From positions 47,127,741 to 47,191,740 of the forward strand of contig CM041465.1 of NCBI GenBank assembly GCA_023213395.1: a stretch of 64,000 bases of DNA. The letters run 5' to 3'. The translations under genes and the position numbers were made by a program. The notes under the pieces were generated by a model. The model was not told where the DNA came from and did not search any database. It was given only the letters and a program-made list of their open reading frames with translations. Source of the stretch: Cycas panzhihuaensis (taxonomy: Eukaryota; Plantae; Cycadophyta). Positions 13,511 to 28,764 of the stretch are shown piece by piece (the stretch's first letter is position 1; every line of letters begins with the position of its first letter).

Positions 13511-14038
13511 CTCTAAGGTGACTCTTTATCTGCTTAGTAGATTGCCTTTAGAGAGCTTCTAAAGGCAACTTTCCCTTTTTACCTTTGTTTTTATTCTCAC
13601 CTCTAAATAATGGCCACTAATGAGGTTAAGCTATGGTGATCAAAACCCTTCATTACTTGGCTCATATCCTTGCTTGGTACAATGGGGCATCTCCTTATCT
13701 CCCCAAGGGTCTTTCTAGGTTTTCAAACCCTACCTTTAGGGTCTTTCTACCTGTTTGGTATGCCACTAAGGGCATCCCCCCTTAGTCACCCCTTCTCTAT
13801 CTCATCTACATGTGCTTTGGTTTTATGGTCATACACCTAGTGCTTGATTTGGTCACAAACTTGTCTCCTCCCTTAGCATGTGCCTCCTATCCATGCATCT
13901 ATTGCAATACTTACTATTCCCCTTGGTTATATATGCACTTGCTTCTTGGTTATCACTTCTATTGATGATATTTATGTTGACAGTGTTTACCATCATCTCA
14001 TGCTCTAGAGCGACGAGGTTCTACTACCAAGGGGGTAG

Positions 14039-16626
14039 TGTTTCCTATCTGTCGGGAATGGATTTTGAGTTCATGGCATAGGTAACTATAGGTATGTATT
14101 TTATCTTTCATTTTTGTTGTATTCTTTATAATCACTACCACATATGATCTTTGTTTGGCTACCTAAATTCATGGTTTCTTTGTTTACTTGGCTTGTTTAT
14201 ACTTATTTATTACCTATAACGACTAGGACTCCAGTCCAATGGCATCTTTCAGCCCCTATAGTGGTCTCCTGGCTGACGAGACACCTCGCTTATGCTTTGG
14301 CACCTTAATTTTTGTCATTTCATAGAGGTCTAACTCAGTTTTATGTGTTTACTATACCTTATCCCCATCTATCAACTGCTTAGATGGCCTAGGGTTAGTT
14401 TGCATGGGACTAGTGTGGAGTTCCTAACCCCTAATATTAACCCTCACCCCCTTAATTTTTATTAATTTTAATTAATTCTAGTAATCAGTCTCCACCCCAA
14501 ACTGATTTCTATTTGCCTTGCTTTAATTTTTGTGCCCTATGAGTATCTTCGTGGTGCCATGAAAATATTCACGATGCTATTGTTACAAACCAAAAACATC
14601 TAGATTTGTATTTAATGCATCCCTCTGACATATTTCCTTTCTTGAGACCAATGTAGATTGAGGTCTGATGGTCAAAGGAGTGGGTTTAAACACAAAAACC
14701 CCATGTTCTTCTAATCATTCATCATTCCACAAGCAGTCTCGTGATCGCTTCTTCACACTTCTTGTACAAAACAAAAGATACTCACTTTGGAGGAAGAAAC
14801 ACACAATAATAGGATAAATTTTGGGTAGTATACTCTTCAAGTTAGCCTCTACAATCTATAACATTCTTCTTCCTCCTTTCTCACTAAGGATCTTCCATAA
14901 GAAGCCTTTTCAAGTGCTGTAAAGGGCCTACATCAATAGGTTTTTCTTGTAAACATCAAGTTCATTAACAGAAAATGGGTAAAATCCAACCATCCTTTGA
15001 TTTTAAGTGAAAAATCCTATTAGTTGTCTTTGCTTTATTGCTATTTAGCATGTCTCTAACTAGAATTTAGCTTAAGGAAGCCATATTGCATGCCCTTAAT
15101 CATATTTCTCCATTTTCAACTCTTGGGAGAATGATTCTCCATGAGCTAGAAATTGCTCACCATCAACCTGAGGTATTGAGGAAGGGAATAAGTGGTACAT
15201 CTACTAGTTAAGGGAGTTAAGAGAAGGGAAAATAGGTCCAAGTTCTGGATTTTACACTCCCTTCTCATTAGGTAATCCCCTCCTAACACCACAAGGTGCT
15301 CCATTTCATTATGCATGCATATCCTTCCATTATACAAAACCTTACAACCATACCAATTGACAAGTAACTCGTTTCTTACCCTTGAGAGTATGTATCTCAC
15401 CATAGTATCTTATTCCTCCTTGAGGATCATAGCTAAATATTGCTAAACTAGGAACCTTTCTTATCACATTAGGGAGACTTCACTTGTTAGGGGGGCATGC
15501 CATTCCAAGGCACCCTCCTCTTCATTCCCTTCTTCTCACTTCTTTTTTACACTTTTTTCACACTTGGATTTTGAGGAGTAGATAAGTAACACTTAATTTA
15601 TTTCTTTTGAATAAAAAGAGATAACAAACATATTGTAAAATATTCATACAACACATATTATATTGTATTACTTATAAGTAGGGTCTTGGTTTATTATGGC
15701 AAGTAGAAGTCCCATTCCCACTCAATAGTAAAGGAGGTATGAGGAGAGCATTGTCACATGGTAACATTAGCTTGTGATTTAGAATTACATCTATTAGTGT
15801 GTATTTTACTCTTTCCTCTTTTCTTTTTATTTCATTATGCAACATTTATTTTGAGTTTGGGGAAGGGAAGGAAGCCCCACTTGTCTCCAATGCCTCTTGT
15901 GATAAGGAAGGAGCTCACATCATTGGCAAGGGAAGATCTATGGGGAAGCTAAGTCAATGTCGCCTTCAAGCATCACTGACCAAGTACACTCCTTCCAAAC
16001 CTATTCTCTCCCTACTTGCTCCCTTTCAAACTCGTCTTTTGGCTGTTAGCACTTTATATATATACTCATTTTTTCATAGCATATTATTTTGCATATAACA
16101 CAACTGCAACTTGCATTTCACACAACATATCACACTTTACAATAAAATAATAATCAAACATTCAAACAAGAAAAACCATCACATTTGTCACAAGACTTAC
16201 ATCAAAAGAAAACCTACATTTCCTCTTAAACCCTAAAGGCAACCCCTTTAAGACATAAGAAAATAATCTAAGACCTCTCATCCTATATTTATTTCCTACC
16301 TATTACCATACTTCCCTTTCCTGAAGAGGAGCTCCTATTTCTTTCCTTTCCAACATGGATATGAGAACCTTGTTGAGGCTACTTGGTAACCCGAGGATGC
16401 CAATTCATTCGCCACCTAAACATATCACTCAATCATCCAAAACCACAACCTTCTAAGGTAGATAGAGGAGCACGCGTGTTGTGGGTCCCTCAAACCTGCA
16501 CTTAGGCACACAGATTCCCTTCGAGGGTAAGCTAAATCTCCATTACACCTCTAGGTTCCTACTCTTTAAAGCTAGCATTAATTAGAGTGTAGTAATTCCT
16601 AGTGACCCCTTAGAGGTGTGCTTCCA
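14039..16626 (+). repeat. 3' LTR of element A (~2.59 kb)
   Basis: Preceded by the PPT (14029-14038); TG...CA ends; lacks ~390 bp present in the 5' LTR. Confidence 0.93.
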
Positions 16627-17711
16627 GCCTATAATCAATTGAACAACTATGTAAAGTTTATATAAATTGGTAGTTACTAAATGCATTAGTTAAGATTATG
16701 TATATGTGCCATTGAATAGACTACAATTCAATAAACAACATAATGAAACTCAAAGAACCAATTACCATTAAACTCATAAACAGGTTAACAAATGTGTGAA
16801 ATCAAATAGAGAGTGACGATTCATGATGAAGTGAAATTTTTAAGCCAGTCACCATCGAACATGTTTATATGTTGACAAATATGTGAGTATTTTTCTTTTT
16901 GTTATACAAATCTATGATTTAGCAAATGGTTATAGAAGACTTATAAAAAACCATACCACCACTAAATCTCATTTAATCCAACATAAAGAACTCATGATAT
17001 AGGAGCAACCTTCAAGTGCAAGTGAGAAGAAATCAATCTATTCTATGATGTCTATTTAGTTGCTTATGTATTTAATAGAATATAAAGTCGAACATGACTA
17101 AAGTATTATCCTATTAGGCTAAACCATAGGTAATCAAATATTATTAAGTAAATGTTGATTTCTAATTTGGATGAAGGGTACTAATTTGTTAATGATTATA
17201 AAATTGTTAGAGCTTGAGTAGTCTAGTCAATCCTATACTAGGAGGATTATAAGAGATCACTTTCATATACATAGTGAGAGTGAAAGATGTCAAACCAATG
17301 CATAAGAGAGAGTGTGTGGGAATTCCAAGGGTAATTCACATCTCAAACATGGATAATGTCCACACATAAGACTATTTTCTAGAGTTTTGCATAGATAAAC
17401 ATGCAAATAAATAAATTTGAGTCACTGCCTTTCTACTTGAAGTAAGGCATCTTCCAAAAAGCAACTCCTTAAGGACAAATATATGGCAAATCTAAAACTT
17501 GAATTGACGTATAATTCTTTAGCTAAAAAGAAGTTAGCTAAAAACCATAGCTAACGTTAGCCATGATAAGATATGAAGTTGGCTAGAATAATGAAAATTA
17601 TATAATGAAGTCGGCTAAAATAAACAATAAAAACTGCATTATAAAGTTGATTTAAATAAATAGTGAAGATTGCATAATGAAGATAGTCATTTGGAGTAAG
17701 AATGTTGTAAG

Positions 17712-18720
17712 TCCCTCCCCTTGAAAACATGCTTTGCCCTCAAAGCATGGAAAGTTCATATGTTATTGGTTTCAATCATCAAATTTCCAAGAGGCTTCTT
17801 TAAGGTCAAGAGTCTTCCACTTTACTAGGTACTCATATTTCTTTGGAATGTAGTTTCTTAGTCTAAATCTATAAGATACCTATTGGTTCTATAATCATCT
17901 TGCCTTCTTCTTCTAAAATTAATAAGTTTGTTTGTGGGGTGATAATTTGTTCTAGCTTTTATTCAAGGGATGATACATGGAAGACATTATGGATGTGGCT
18001 CTCTTATAGTAAATTGAGTTAGTATGCCACTTGTCCTACTTTGTTTAGAATTTTATATAGATCAAATAACCAAGTCTATAATTTGAATTTACTTAATTAT
18101 TTTGTCATGGTTTGTTTGTATGGTTGAATTCGTAAAATGATCTAATCTCTTAATGTGAATGATCTCTCAATTTTGTGTAGATCTACATGTTATTTTATCT
18201 AATTCTTGGCTAAATTTAAGTTCTTCTTAAGGATTTATATTATTCTCTCTATTTGCTCTTACCACTCTTGAATAGATTAGACTCATGAGGTCCTAGCCTA
18301 TGTGATAAGTGATGGGGGTTTAGAGCCATATATTAATTGAATGGGGGTCAATTTAGTAGTTGCATGGTAAGTGGTATTGTATCACAACTCAACTAGGTAA
18401 AGCTATTTATGCCATTACTATTGTTTGTTAGATGCAAAATTTTAGAGATATCCTTCCAAACATTTATTTTCTATCTCTATTTAATCATCTATCTATGGGT
18501 TATAGATTGTAATCATGGAAAACTTTGTGCCTACTTATTTAAATAAATTTTATTAGAAGCTGCTTGTGAACTTAGGATCATGATCATTGATGATGATTTT
18601 TAAGAATCCATAAAGACAATGGATATCCTTAATGAAGAGATCAATAACTTAACTTACTTTTGTGGTTACTTGTATTCCTCTAAAATTGGCATTTTTATTT
18701 AGATGTTCGATTATAAGAAA
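17712..18720 (-). pseudogene. Chromovirus-type Gypsy integrase C-terminus, chromodomain and PPT remnant
   Basis: Minus frames give NKCLEGYL, YNTTYHATTKLTP, HNVFHVS, EYLVKWK and terminal FEGKACFQGEG overlapping the purine tract AAGGGGAGGGA. Confidence 0.8.
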
Positions 18721-20739
18721 GTGTTACATGACAAATTGGCATTAGGCAAAAATTATTAAGCTAACACTTTGTTAAGGAGACTTTGTTGGTTAGTGTTAGC
18801 CATTAACCTTCATGCATAGGTCACTTATGTTCGCCAATAAGAATTGAGGTAATTTTTCTCACCAATTATATCTTGTATAAAAGGGCCTCTAACGCCCACT
18901 TATTGTAAAAGAGGTTATTGAATCTAGTGCCATTTTTAGAGGTTGTACTTGAGTACCCCCTTTTAGTAATCTTTGTATTCCTTTGGTGAACTTGTGTTCT
19001 TTTTCCTTGTAATTCATCCTTTAAGTGAAAATACAATGCTACTATTTTTTGCCTAATATCTATGTGCATTATTTTAAGTTGGAGAATCAATGAAGTAAGA
19101 TCATTCTAAGTGGTATTAGAGCCATTTTTTTAACCTAATAGGAAGTAGCAAGCTTAAAGGAAGGGAAAAGTTTTCCTTGGTATATCACTATAAACCCTTT
19201 TCTTCAATTCTATTCATTTGGCTCAAGTGATATCTATTTAAATTCTATCAACTTATCAAGCTACAATTAGGCAACAAAATCTCACCCCATACTGCCCCTT
19301 TCCCCTAGTGGTTAGGTAGACACCTTATATCAAGGGTTTATAAACATCACGAGGATCTGTCATTTTGAGCTAAATGTGCATGGCCATAAACTAGTACATG
19401 ACATAAAGTGGTATAATAATGCTTACACAAGCTCTAGATAAAACTTGACTATGGAAATGAGCCTCCATGTACCCTTGGGTATATCAAAGGATCCCGTTAG
19501 GTTCCCCTTTCGAACTTAGACTAGAAAACTAGTTGGTTATTTTATCCTCTGTGGTGCATGGGCTAGTAATTAATGCCATGTAGTTACCCTACTTAAACAC
19601 CTCTACACAATTGTAGGCCTTACAAAGATACTTACTCCTATGTAGATAGTGCCCTGAGATATTGGGATGAGCTATAATAATGATAAGAAAGTTTATCATA
19701 AGGCCTACAAAGCTAAACATTCCTCTAGTAATGTCTAGTAAGCTCTTCTTAATTATCTTTACCACTTCCTTAATAAAGTATTCATCATAAGAATTATTCA
19801 CATAATTGCATACTTGGTATTAAAATAATTTATTGCTAAGATTTCTATAACTCATAATATAAGCCCTTAAAGTTTCTATACATCTAAAGACACACAAGTC
19901 GAACCTACAATAAGTAACAATTGATAACTAATTTAAAAGCACTATAGTCCAAGCCTAAGTTCTAAGTTATATATTAGTTGAGTCTACTCCCCATTTTCAA
20001 TTCATTTAAAAAAATATAAAAGAGTCTGTAGGGTCACTTCAGTGAATACTTCTATATTTTTGACAAAACTTACACCAATAGATTTGTCTTAAAAGAAATA
20101 AAAAATCCTACAAATTCATAGGTCTTATTTCGATCAGTGCATCACATTAATACTTTTCCACTAGGGTAAATTTAACTGTCAATTTTGGTCTATAATAGTA
20201 TACAGCCACCCCATAGGCTCCACTACCTAATTTCCACCCTTAAACTTCACCTACACTATTGTGATGAGCTTTTCATGCTCATATCAATGCTTTAGGTGAT
20301 ATTATTATGTATTTTCATGGAGTTAACATGATATAGACACCCCTCGTCAAAATCTTTTTTTCCCCCCCTCTATTTTTCCTACTTGTCTACATTACTCCTA
20401 ACTTCTTAATATCTTATTCTATCTGTCTTTATTTCCAATTTTGTCCATATCTTTCTTCTTTCTTATCCTCTTTCTTGAAATCCCATTCCTCTAAACATAA
20501 CACTAGATTTAGCATTTATAGTGCCTACACAAGCAGAACATCGATACATTGAATAAAGGGTTAATCAATTTGGATTAGTAGGTCAAGGATTCCAACCTAA
20601 AGTAGGACTCTATTGAAAAAAAATAGAATGTAATGGATCAAAAGTTGGATAAAATATCTCAATGGATACAAGTTAATCCTTACACCACACCCTCAGGTCC
20701 ATCCACCTATAACAACTCAAGACTTCCACTAACATCCAC

Positions 20740-22385
20740 TCCATGACTAACACAACCTTATCATAAGATTACCATACCAACCTTTGACCTATATCTTAAT
20801 TAGGATTCTACCCAAAGATGGATCAATAAATTAGAGTCATACTTTGCCTTGAATCCCATGCTTACTATAGGATAATTAATCTTTGCTTTAATCCAGTTAG
20901 ATGGGAAAGTGCATCATTAGTTTTGATGGAGTCAAGAGAACCCAATGAACTAAACATGGGACCTCTTCTCTAGGAATTGTTTTGAATAATACAATGAAAA
21001 TTAATCGTTTTTAGCTAGCTCACCATACTCAAATAGACAACTTTAGTTGAGGTATATGCTGATAAGTTTCAGGCACTATAGAACTAATTATCTCAACCAC
21101 TTGATGTTTGAAATCTAATTAATATTTATACTTTTAGTCTTAAGGAGCATATTTAAATGTATTTAAAAGTTATTACTTTATTCTCCTTAAAGGATGCCGG
21201 ATCTAACACAAGGGCAATTGAATTAGAATTTGTGGTAGAACATTCCACCACTTTTAAGAGGAACTCCTCATGGTACTAGCAACCTCATCAATTTTATCAA
21301 CAACATCCATGCCCTCAATTAGATGAAACTAATAACCAATACTAGACTCCTCTATATGTCTAATTCACATTCCATTGGTGGAAGTCAATCATTGTTTAAA
21401 GGCTAGCCTCTATCTTAAGTGCTAAAAAAAATAGGTTCTTAGTTATATGAAGGTATGTAAGGTAAGGCACATGATCTTCACCATTAACCCTAATATTGAT
21501 GAAGATTTTGAAGTTGAAACCAAACTTAAACCTGATGATGAGTCCCCTTAAGGCCTTCTTTAGTATATTTCCCACCTGAATGTATCCCTATTAGTAGTTT
21601 TATCTTCATCTTACCCCAAACCACTCTGTGTAAAAGGCACCCTATGAAAAACACCCATGCAATATTGATTGATAGTGGTGCATTATTAAATTTTATAAAC
21701 ATATCTCTGGTTTGATAATTAAACTTGCATGTTATCCTAAAAATAGAATTCATCTACTCATTAATTATCTATTAAACCTTACACTATGTAGGTACCATGA
21801 AAACCTCCATCTTTAAATCCATACCCATCAACTTACATCTAATTTCTATGCCTTATATATAGGAGGATTTAACGACATCCTTGGAGTCTAGTGGCTCTAG
21901 ATACTAGGCATATATAGAATGAACAATTCCCCTATAAATCCATTTATCCTATTTAAGGATCAAATGGGCCAAACATATAACTTATATAGGATCTAATCAC
22001 TACCTAGCTAACTATCATTGCTTAATCAAATGCATTAACATTTAAATAATAATGTTGATTACATCGTTTATATTAATAACATTCAACCTTTGATAAATAT
22101 TCATCCTCTCATGTAGTCTCTCTGCAATAAATACCAATCTACATTCTCCTCCCTTTCATCCATTATCCCACTTGACCATAGGTTTTATCATGTGATCAAA
22201 TCATAATCCTATTAGTCTTTGGCCTTATAAGAATTCATATTTTCAGATAAATCCTTTTGACTTTACATCTATTACTAAGAACTTAATAAAATCATAATAA
22301 AAAATAAAATTTCCACTCTTCAAATTAATGATATGCATGATGAAATATATAGGACAACAATCTTCTCCAAATTGGATCTTCAGTA
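20740..22385 (+). pseudogene. Gypsy gag-protease-RT remnant, truncated in early RT
   Basis: WINKLESYF (gag), ILIDSGALLNFI at ~21660 (aspartic protease), DILGV*WL, and ELNKIIIKNK...IFSKLDL at ~22280-22380 (RT N-terminus). Confidence 0.8.
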
Positions 22386-22789
22386 GGAAACCTATTTACC
22401 TTAAATTTATTAAATGGAATAACTTAGCTTCAAATTTACTTTAGGAAACTATTTTATTTCAAATTTAGTGAAGGGAACTTTCCCTCCAAATTTTTAAAAA
22501 TCAATGATGATTATGAAAAGATAGTCATTCATGTTAATATGACTTGGCAACCAAGAAAATTTGTTAAGTTTGTTATTTAATAATGCCAAGATAGCCAACA
22601 ACTAGATAGCTATGCAATAAATGTATAAATATATTTATTCTCATTATTAAAAATATAAGAGATTTTCCTCTGAGTGTTATCTTATGACTAGTTCATAGTC
22701 CAATAGTCATGCTTATTAATTTAGAATATGAGAATTGATACAAGAATATAAGTGCCCACCTATAAAATGTGTTCCCCTTCATTAAATTT

Positions 22790-23370
22790 GGTACATAAAT
22801 TTATGCATTTAGATCTTACTTATTTGTTAGTATAGCCTTTAGAGAATTGTTGATATAGTTATATGGGCACAAGACCATGCTAAAGTAATTTTATCATAGG
22901 ATTTATATTATTTCTTATACATTTAGTTTAACAAGTGTAGATATATTTTCTTGCACTATTCACAAGTTTAGATCGATGGTTTTGATACAATACCTATAAG
23001 ATTTTGTATATTTTAAAAGGTTAGATGGATGCCAAATAATTAGAGATTTCAAATATTATATTTAGAAAAATATAATGTCCTAGTTAGAACCTAATGATAT
23101 ATATACTAGTGGATACAATAAATAGGATATTATGATAAAACATCTTAATAGATTTGGGATTATTAAAGTGGAAGAAAGTCTCATACAATTACAAATCCTT
23201 ATTAAGTGTGCTTAGAAAGGATATAAACCTTTTTATGCTTTAATAGCCAAAAAGAAAGAAAGGAAAAAAAAACAAACAATATGAATTTATTATAACCCCC
23301 ATAAACATTCACCTATTAAAGAATTTAAAGATGTGTTTCTTAAAGATCTTAAAGAGTTACCTCTAAAAAG
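22790..23370 (+). pseudogene. Highly degraded Gypsy protease-to-RT linker fragment
   Basis: LLKEFKDVFLKDLKELPLK at ~23313-23370 resembles the LL.EF.DVFP..L.GLPP.R pre-RT motif; cut by the LTR at 23371. Confidence 0.5.
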
Positions 23371-23750
23371 TGTAAAAATACAAGAAGGGTCTAATATTAT
23401 TCTTATGTATGTGTAAATTAAAATATAAATATAGTAAATAACAATTCCATACATTAATTTCAGAGAACACGAGGGCCAAATTAGTTGGAACTTTTAGACT
23501 TTAATTTAGTAAAACTTCACTACTTTAGAAAATCTAATGTACATCAAGGATGGTTTAGGCTTAATTTATAGGCCTCAAAGAGCTACAAATATTTACATGA
23601 TTGGCTAACATAATGATCCAATATAATTGGCTTGTTATATAGTAAGGGACAGACCTGACATAATTATACAATGCACTTTAATTGTATTATGATATACATG
23701 ATGATATAAAGATATAGTTACATATAAAATGTGTCATTAATGTTTTAATA
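23371..23750 (-). repeat. 3' LTR of element B
   Basis: Follows the PPT. T(A)TTAAAAC...TTTTTACA terminal inverted repeat; TATAAAT inside; same layout as 51624-52007. Confidence 0.7.
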
Positions 23751-26700
23751 CCCTCCCTTAATGATAGCTTCATTTAACTTGATGTTGAGGTCATACTAAA
23801 GGTCAAATCTTCTTTAGGGAAGATATCCATAACTTGGTCCTCAATAGGTTAGTACATAAGGTTAACTTCTCTATTTTGCACATGTTCATGAATAAAGTAA
23901 TGATAGACCTCTTATTGTTTGAATCCTTTTGCTACCAGATGAGCTTTTTGACTCTTGATAGAGCCATAAACATAAAATTTAGTTTTGTAAAGCCATCTAT
24001 AATCAATTGACTTCTTACCAGGTGGTAATTTAGTGAGCTTCCATATGCCATCTTTCATGATAGTGGTCATTTCCTCATCCATGGTAGCTTTCCATGTTTG
24101 GTTTGTGACCATCTCATCAAATATGGAAGGCTTAGGAGTATTAAGGACATGCTATTAAGGCATAATTTATTGAATGCCTCATTCTTGATTCTCTATTAGG
24201 AATAGTAAGAGGAGGAGGTACATCTTTTATCACTTGCAAGTACCACTTATGAAGTTTTTGGATATTAGTTATTTCCACATGGAAATCATTTGATGACATA
24301 GGTGGCACTATAGATGTGACATTTGAATTTGAAGTTAAAGCTAGTGGGGCTCATGATAGACTTAGAGTATAGGATATTGATGGTAAAGGAGGCTTAACAA
24401 TTGATGTAAAAGGAACTTTTAGTATAACAATATCATCATCTATAACAAGGGTCCAAGTCTCAAGTGTCCTCAACAAAGATAATATCTTAAGTTGTATATG
24501 CCCATTTTCCAATAGGCTCATGCACTTTATAGGCTTTACATTCGAGTACATAGCCAATAAAAATGTATATGAGACTTTTATCATCTAATTTCTTTATATT
24601 TTCCTTGAGGATGAACTTGTATATAGTATAACTGAATGTCCTATGATGTGAGACTCTGGGCTTTTGGCCTGTACAAGCCTCCTTAGGTGTTATGTCTATG
24701 ACTACTATAGTGGAACTTCTGTTTATTAAATAAGAAATAGTAGATATAGCTTCAACCTAAAAACTAGTAGTATGATTAGTAGCACTCAACATTAATTTAG
24801 CTTTATTCACCAAGGTTTGATTTATCCTTTTAGCTACACTATTTTTTTGGGGTGTGTGAGGATCTATGAGTTGGCATTTGATTCTAAATTCTTAACAAAA
24901 ATTGGTGAATTATCTTGATATATATTCTCCTCTATTATATAATCTTAACGCTTTAATAATCATATTGAATTCATTCTCTACTTTAGCGTTGAAGTCCTTG
25001 AATTTGCTAAAAGCTTCAAATTTATATCAAAGAAAGTAAACCCAAACTTTCTTGGAATAGTCATCAAAGAAGGTGATGAAGAACAACTTCCATTAAGGGA
25101 AGGTATTGGCATAGGTCTACATATGTCTAAGTGGACTAACCTGAATGGTTCAGAGGCACGCCATTCTCTTTTAGAAAGGAATGGCTCTCTATGTTACTTT
25201 CCAATTAAGCAAGCCTCATACATGTAATTGTTTCTTGTGATCTTAGGTAACCCATGCACCATTTATAGCCTATACATGATATTGAGGCTCTGCATATTCA
25301 GGTGACCTAGGAGTTAATGCTATAGTTAGTCCTTAGTGCTCTTTGAAAGGGGTCCATCTTCATTGTAAGAATATTCACCTTGATTTTCTTTAAAAGGAGG
25401 GTCTTCAACTAAAATTTCTTTGCCTTTGAGAAGGTGATTAGACTATATAAAAGCATATGAATCTTATTGTGGATGTTAGGATAATGACCAATTAATTAAT
25501 ATAAGTGTGAACCTAAGGCCCCTTAATGCCACCTTGGGCCTCCCTAGGACACCTCGGGTCATCTAATATCATTGAGTAGCGCTAGTAGCCGTCAAAGGAG
25601 TCGATGTAGCCACCACAGGTAAATATTCAATTAATTATTTAATATTTTAATATTATTTTTAAATTTTAAATATTGTCAGGTAGAGGCACTTACTGCCTCC
25701 CCAAAATGCTTTATTTATAGGTAGGGAATACCTTCTTGGTGTTTTTTAACACTGCCAACTCATATTTCAAAAATTTTTATACTTTGTAATGATGTTTACT
25801 CACCTATAATCCTTCTACTCTACACCTTGATAAATAATTAATTTTTTCATACATATAAGCTTATTAATCATTATTTTTTCAAGTGTTTACTGTAAACTTA
25901 AGCACACTCAGCCCAACAATAGTCTGGTATGGTTGGTTCCTAAATTTAATTGATAAAATAACATGTTTTCTATTATTTTACATTATTTTTTCAAAGGTTG
26001 GATAAGGCTATGTGATTTTAACAAGCTGGTGCAACTTCTGCATTCCTCGGAACCTTGGCACATGACTACTTGTTTGAATCCTTATTGAGCCAACTTCACA
26101 ATGCATTTGATAGGTCTAAAAGTTGTCGCTCCTATGAGGAGGTATCTCTCTTGAAACCTTAGTGCCTAAATTTTAACAATGAAACCCCACTGACCCTTTC
26201 TCACTTACTTATTTTCTCTCATTTTATTTATTATTTCACTAATTAAACTTAGGTGTAGGCCTCTTAAGGTTCGCACAAAGCTATCTTAGGGTTATTTGAC
26301 TCACTTTATAGGCCATATGACCTCCTAATATACATACAACCTCCCTAGACTCCGTAACTCTATTCTAAGCATATACGTATCAATTCTCTATGGAACTTTA
26401 CAAATAACTAGCTATCAAAGAAATCTAAAGGCCTCCTAAATTTTGTCAGGATCCATTACTCATGTGAGGAGTATGAGCTATTTGAATTTGCCCCTATGTG
26501 GACGCTCTAGTAAACTCATGCATTCTCTTGATTTTATGTGTTTTTATAAATACTTTTTTAAATATTTCAAATAGTCAAAGGTGCCATTGTTAGATAAACC
26601 CTTAGTGATTAAAGCCATATCATTTTTTGATCAATTTTTAAGTGTATAGCCTCCCTGTGATTGTCATTCTTTCCTGTTTCTCAACATTCTGGCTACTGCT

Positions 26701-28764
26701 CATCTCTTCATGTTTTTTTTTACTTTGTTTTAATATATTTTTTGAAAAAAAATCATATAAGATTAGAGGCACATTTGTTGTGCCCCTCATTTTGTGACTT
26801 GATCTGGCTTTAGGATAAAAAACTCATCAATTCTCAGCCCTGATTGAGGCTCTAGCTCCATCTCATTGTCCATGTTTATTTACTAGTTAATATATATGAA
26901 ATATATATATTTTTCTCTACTTTTTCAATCGATCTTGTTCGATGTCGCTAGAGGATCCTAGGTGTCCCTTCTCACTATGTAGAATCAATCGTTTTGATTA
27001 CACTTGAGCTCTGTATTACCTCCATTATTCTCCTCATTATTTAGCCTTTGTGTCATCACTTTTAACATTAAAAATATATATGTTTTTCATGTTTGTATGA
27101 TCATTATTAATCAATCGACTGAGTAGTTTGATTTGCCCCTTATTTACTTAAAGGATTAAAGAGATTCAATTAAGTTTCTATGGTAAATTCACTCTAAAGT
27201 CACCTCTCTATATCACGTGGCGTCACTTCGTATTTGTAACATTTTCAAATCATTTTCGTATATATTTTATTAAAGTTTATTTGATTAATCATTATAAAGT
27301 TGATTAAAGTTATGAAAATTTAATTATTGTTAATAATATTTGAAATCCATTTTAAAAAAAGGTATTAGCAACTTTTATTTAGCCCCTGGTCTTCAATCCA
27401 CGTGACCTCATTATTTTGAGCTTTATTAAGAGGCATATCATTATTTTCAAGCTATTTTTTGACTCTAGCTATTTTAAGTGATATTAGACACATTTTATAT
27501 TGTTTGAGGTCCATAAACCCCCTTGAGACTAAGATGGTGGTTAAGATATTGTCCATACGACTGTGCTCCTAGTTTGAAAGGGGCTTATTCACTTTATTAA
27601 AAAAAAAATTATTTTGTTTATACTTAAAGAGGACCTCTCACATTTTTCATTGTAACTTTCTCTTGGAGCATTAGATTTTAATGAAACTAGTCTTTTTAGA
27701 ATTACATTTCAAAAATCTTTAGGGCGGTATTATCACTTGACTGATTTGAGTTCATTTTGGCTAAGTTTTAATCAATTAAAGTGACCACTTCTTTCAGTAC
27801 TTATTCTATTAGCCATAAAGAGGTCTAGTCATTATTTCTGTAATAACTTGATCATTTTAGATTTGGTTTCAAAAGTGTAAGAATGGTCAGAAAGATGTTT
27901 TAGAGCTCTTTATATTGGAATCAATTTTATTTTGTTTTGATATCATTTTATAAGACCTCAAAGATTCTCAAATTAAGGCTCTAGTTCAGCCCTAAACATG
28001 CTCACTTAGTAATAATTTTGAGCATTTTTTTCATTTCAATTAATCCTATTTGAATATAATCTACTACTAATTAGTTTCTTAGAGTTTCTTGTTGACTTTT
28101 CATATAGATTATAAGCTATTTGTAGCCAACTAACATTAGTTTTAACTCTTTAATCTTTAAGAAGCCTAAGTACAATAATACATCAAATGAGTATTATCTA
28201 CCTTAATTTTACTTTATTCCTTGCATTATCAATTAAATGTAAATTATTTCTTGGCACTTTTGATCACTTTAAGCATAGTTTCTTCTAACAAAATGTAAGT
28301 TTTATATAGTTATTTCTGTTCTTGTAAAGGAACTCTTTGGCACTCATATTTTAATATAATTCTCTTACAATATTAAGTGGCATATTAGTTAAGGAGTTAT
28401 CTTATTTTTTATCAAAAGCTTTAGTATTTGTCTAGCTTGAAATTTAGAAAAGCATGGTTAGAATGTTCATTTATATATTCCAAAGGATTAAGGATTCCAT
28501 TGTTTAGTATATCACTTTAGACAAGTGCATACATTCTCTTATTTCATTCCTATAAAAGTATATCAATTTAAAAGCATTAGATTGCATATTAGCATTTGTT
28601 TCTGGTTCATTAAATGAGGAAGAGTATCTTGATTCTTTAACTTGTACTCATTATAACTTGATATAAAGTTTTACATAATGCTTTCATTTCATGATTACTT
28701 CTTTTTATTTATTCATTAAAAACCATATTTGTTGATCATGTACTAAAGACTTTACATAATGGTA

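Larger units (their letters stand above)
3183..16626 (+). mobile_element. Element A: full-length, non-autonomous Ty3/Gypsy LTR retrotransposon, Tat/Ogre-like
   Basis: Long direct repeats 3183-6146 and 14039-16626 both run TG...CTTCCA. Identical 5-bp TSD GCCTA at 3178-3182 and 16627-16631. Degenerate PBS after the 5' LTR and PPT AAGGGGGTAG before the 3' LTR. Gag and RNase H remnants lie inside. Confidence 0.93.

Noticed and set aside
19280-19560. Third copy of the B/E leader module on the minus strand
   Set aside because: Only short words (TTTTCTAG, AAGGGGAAC, ACCACTAG) match; not alignable by eye.
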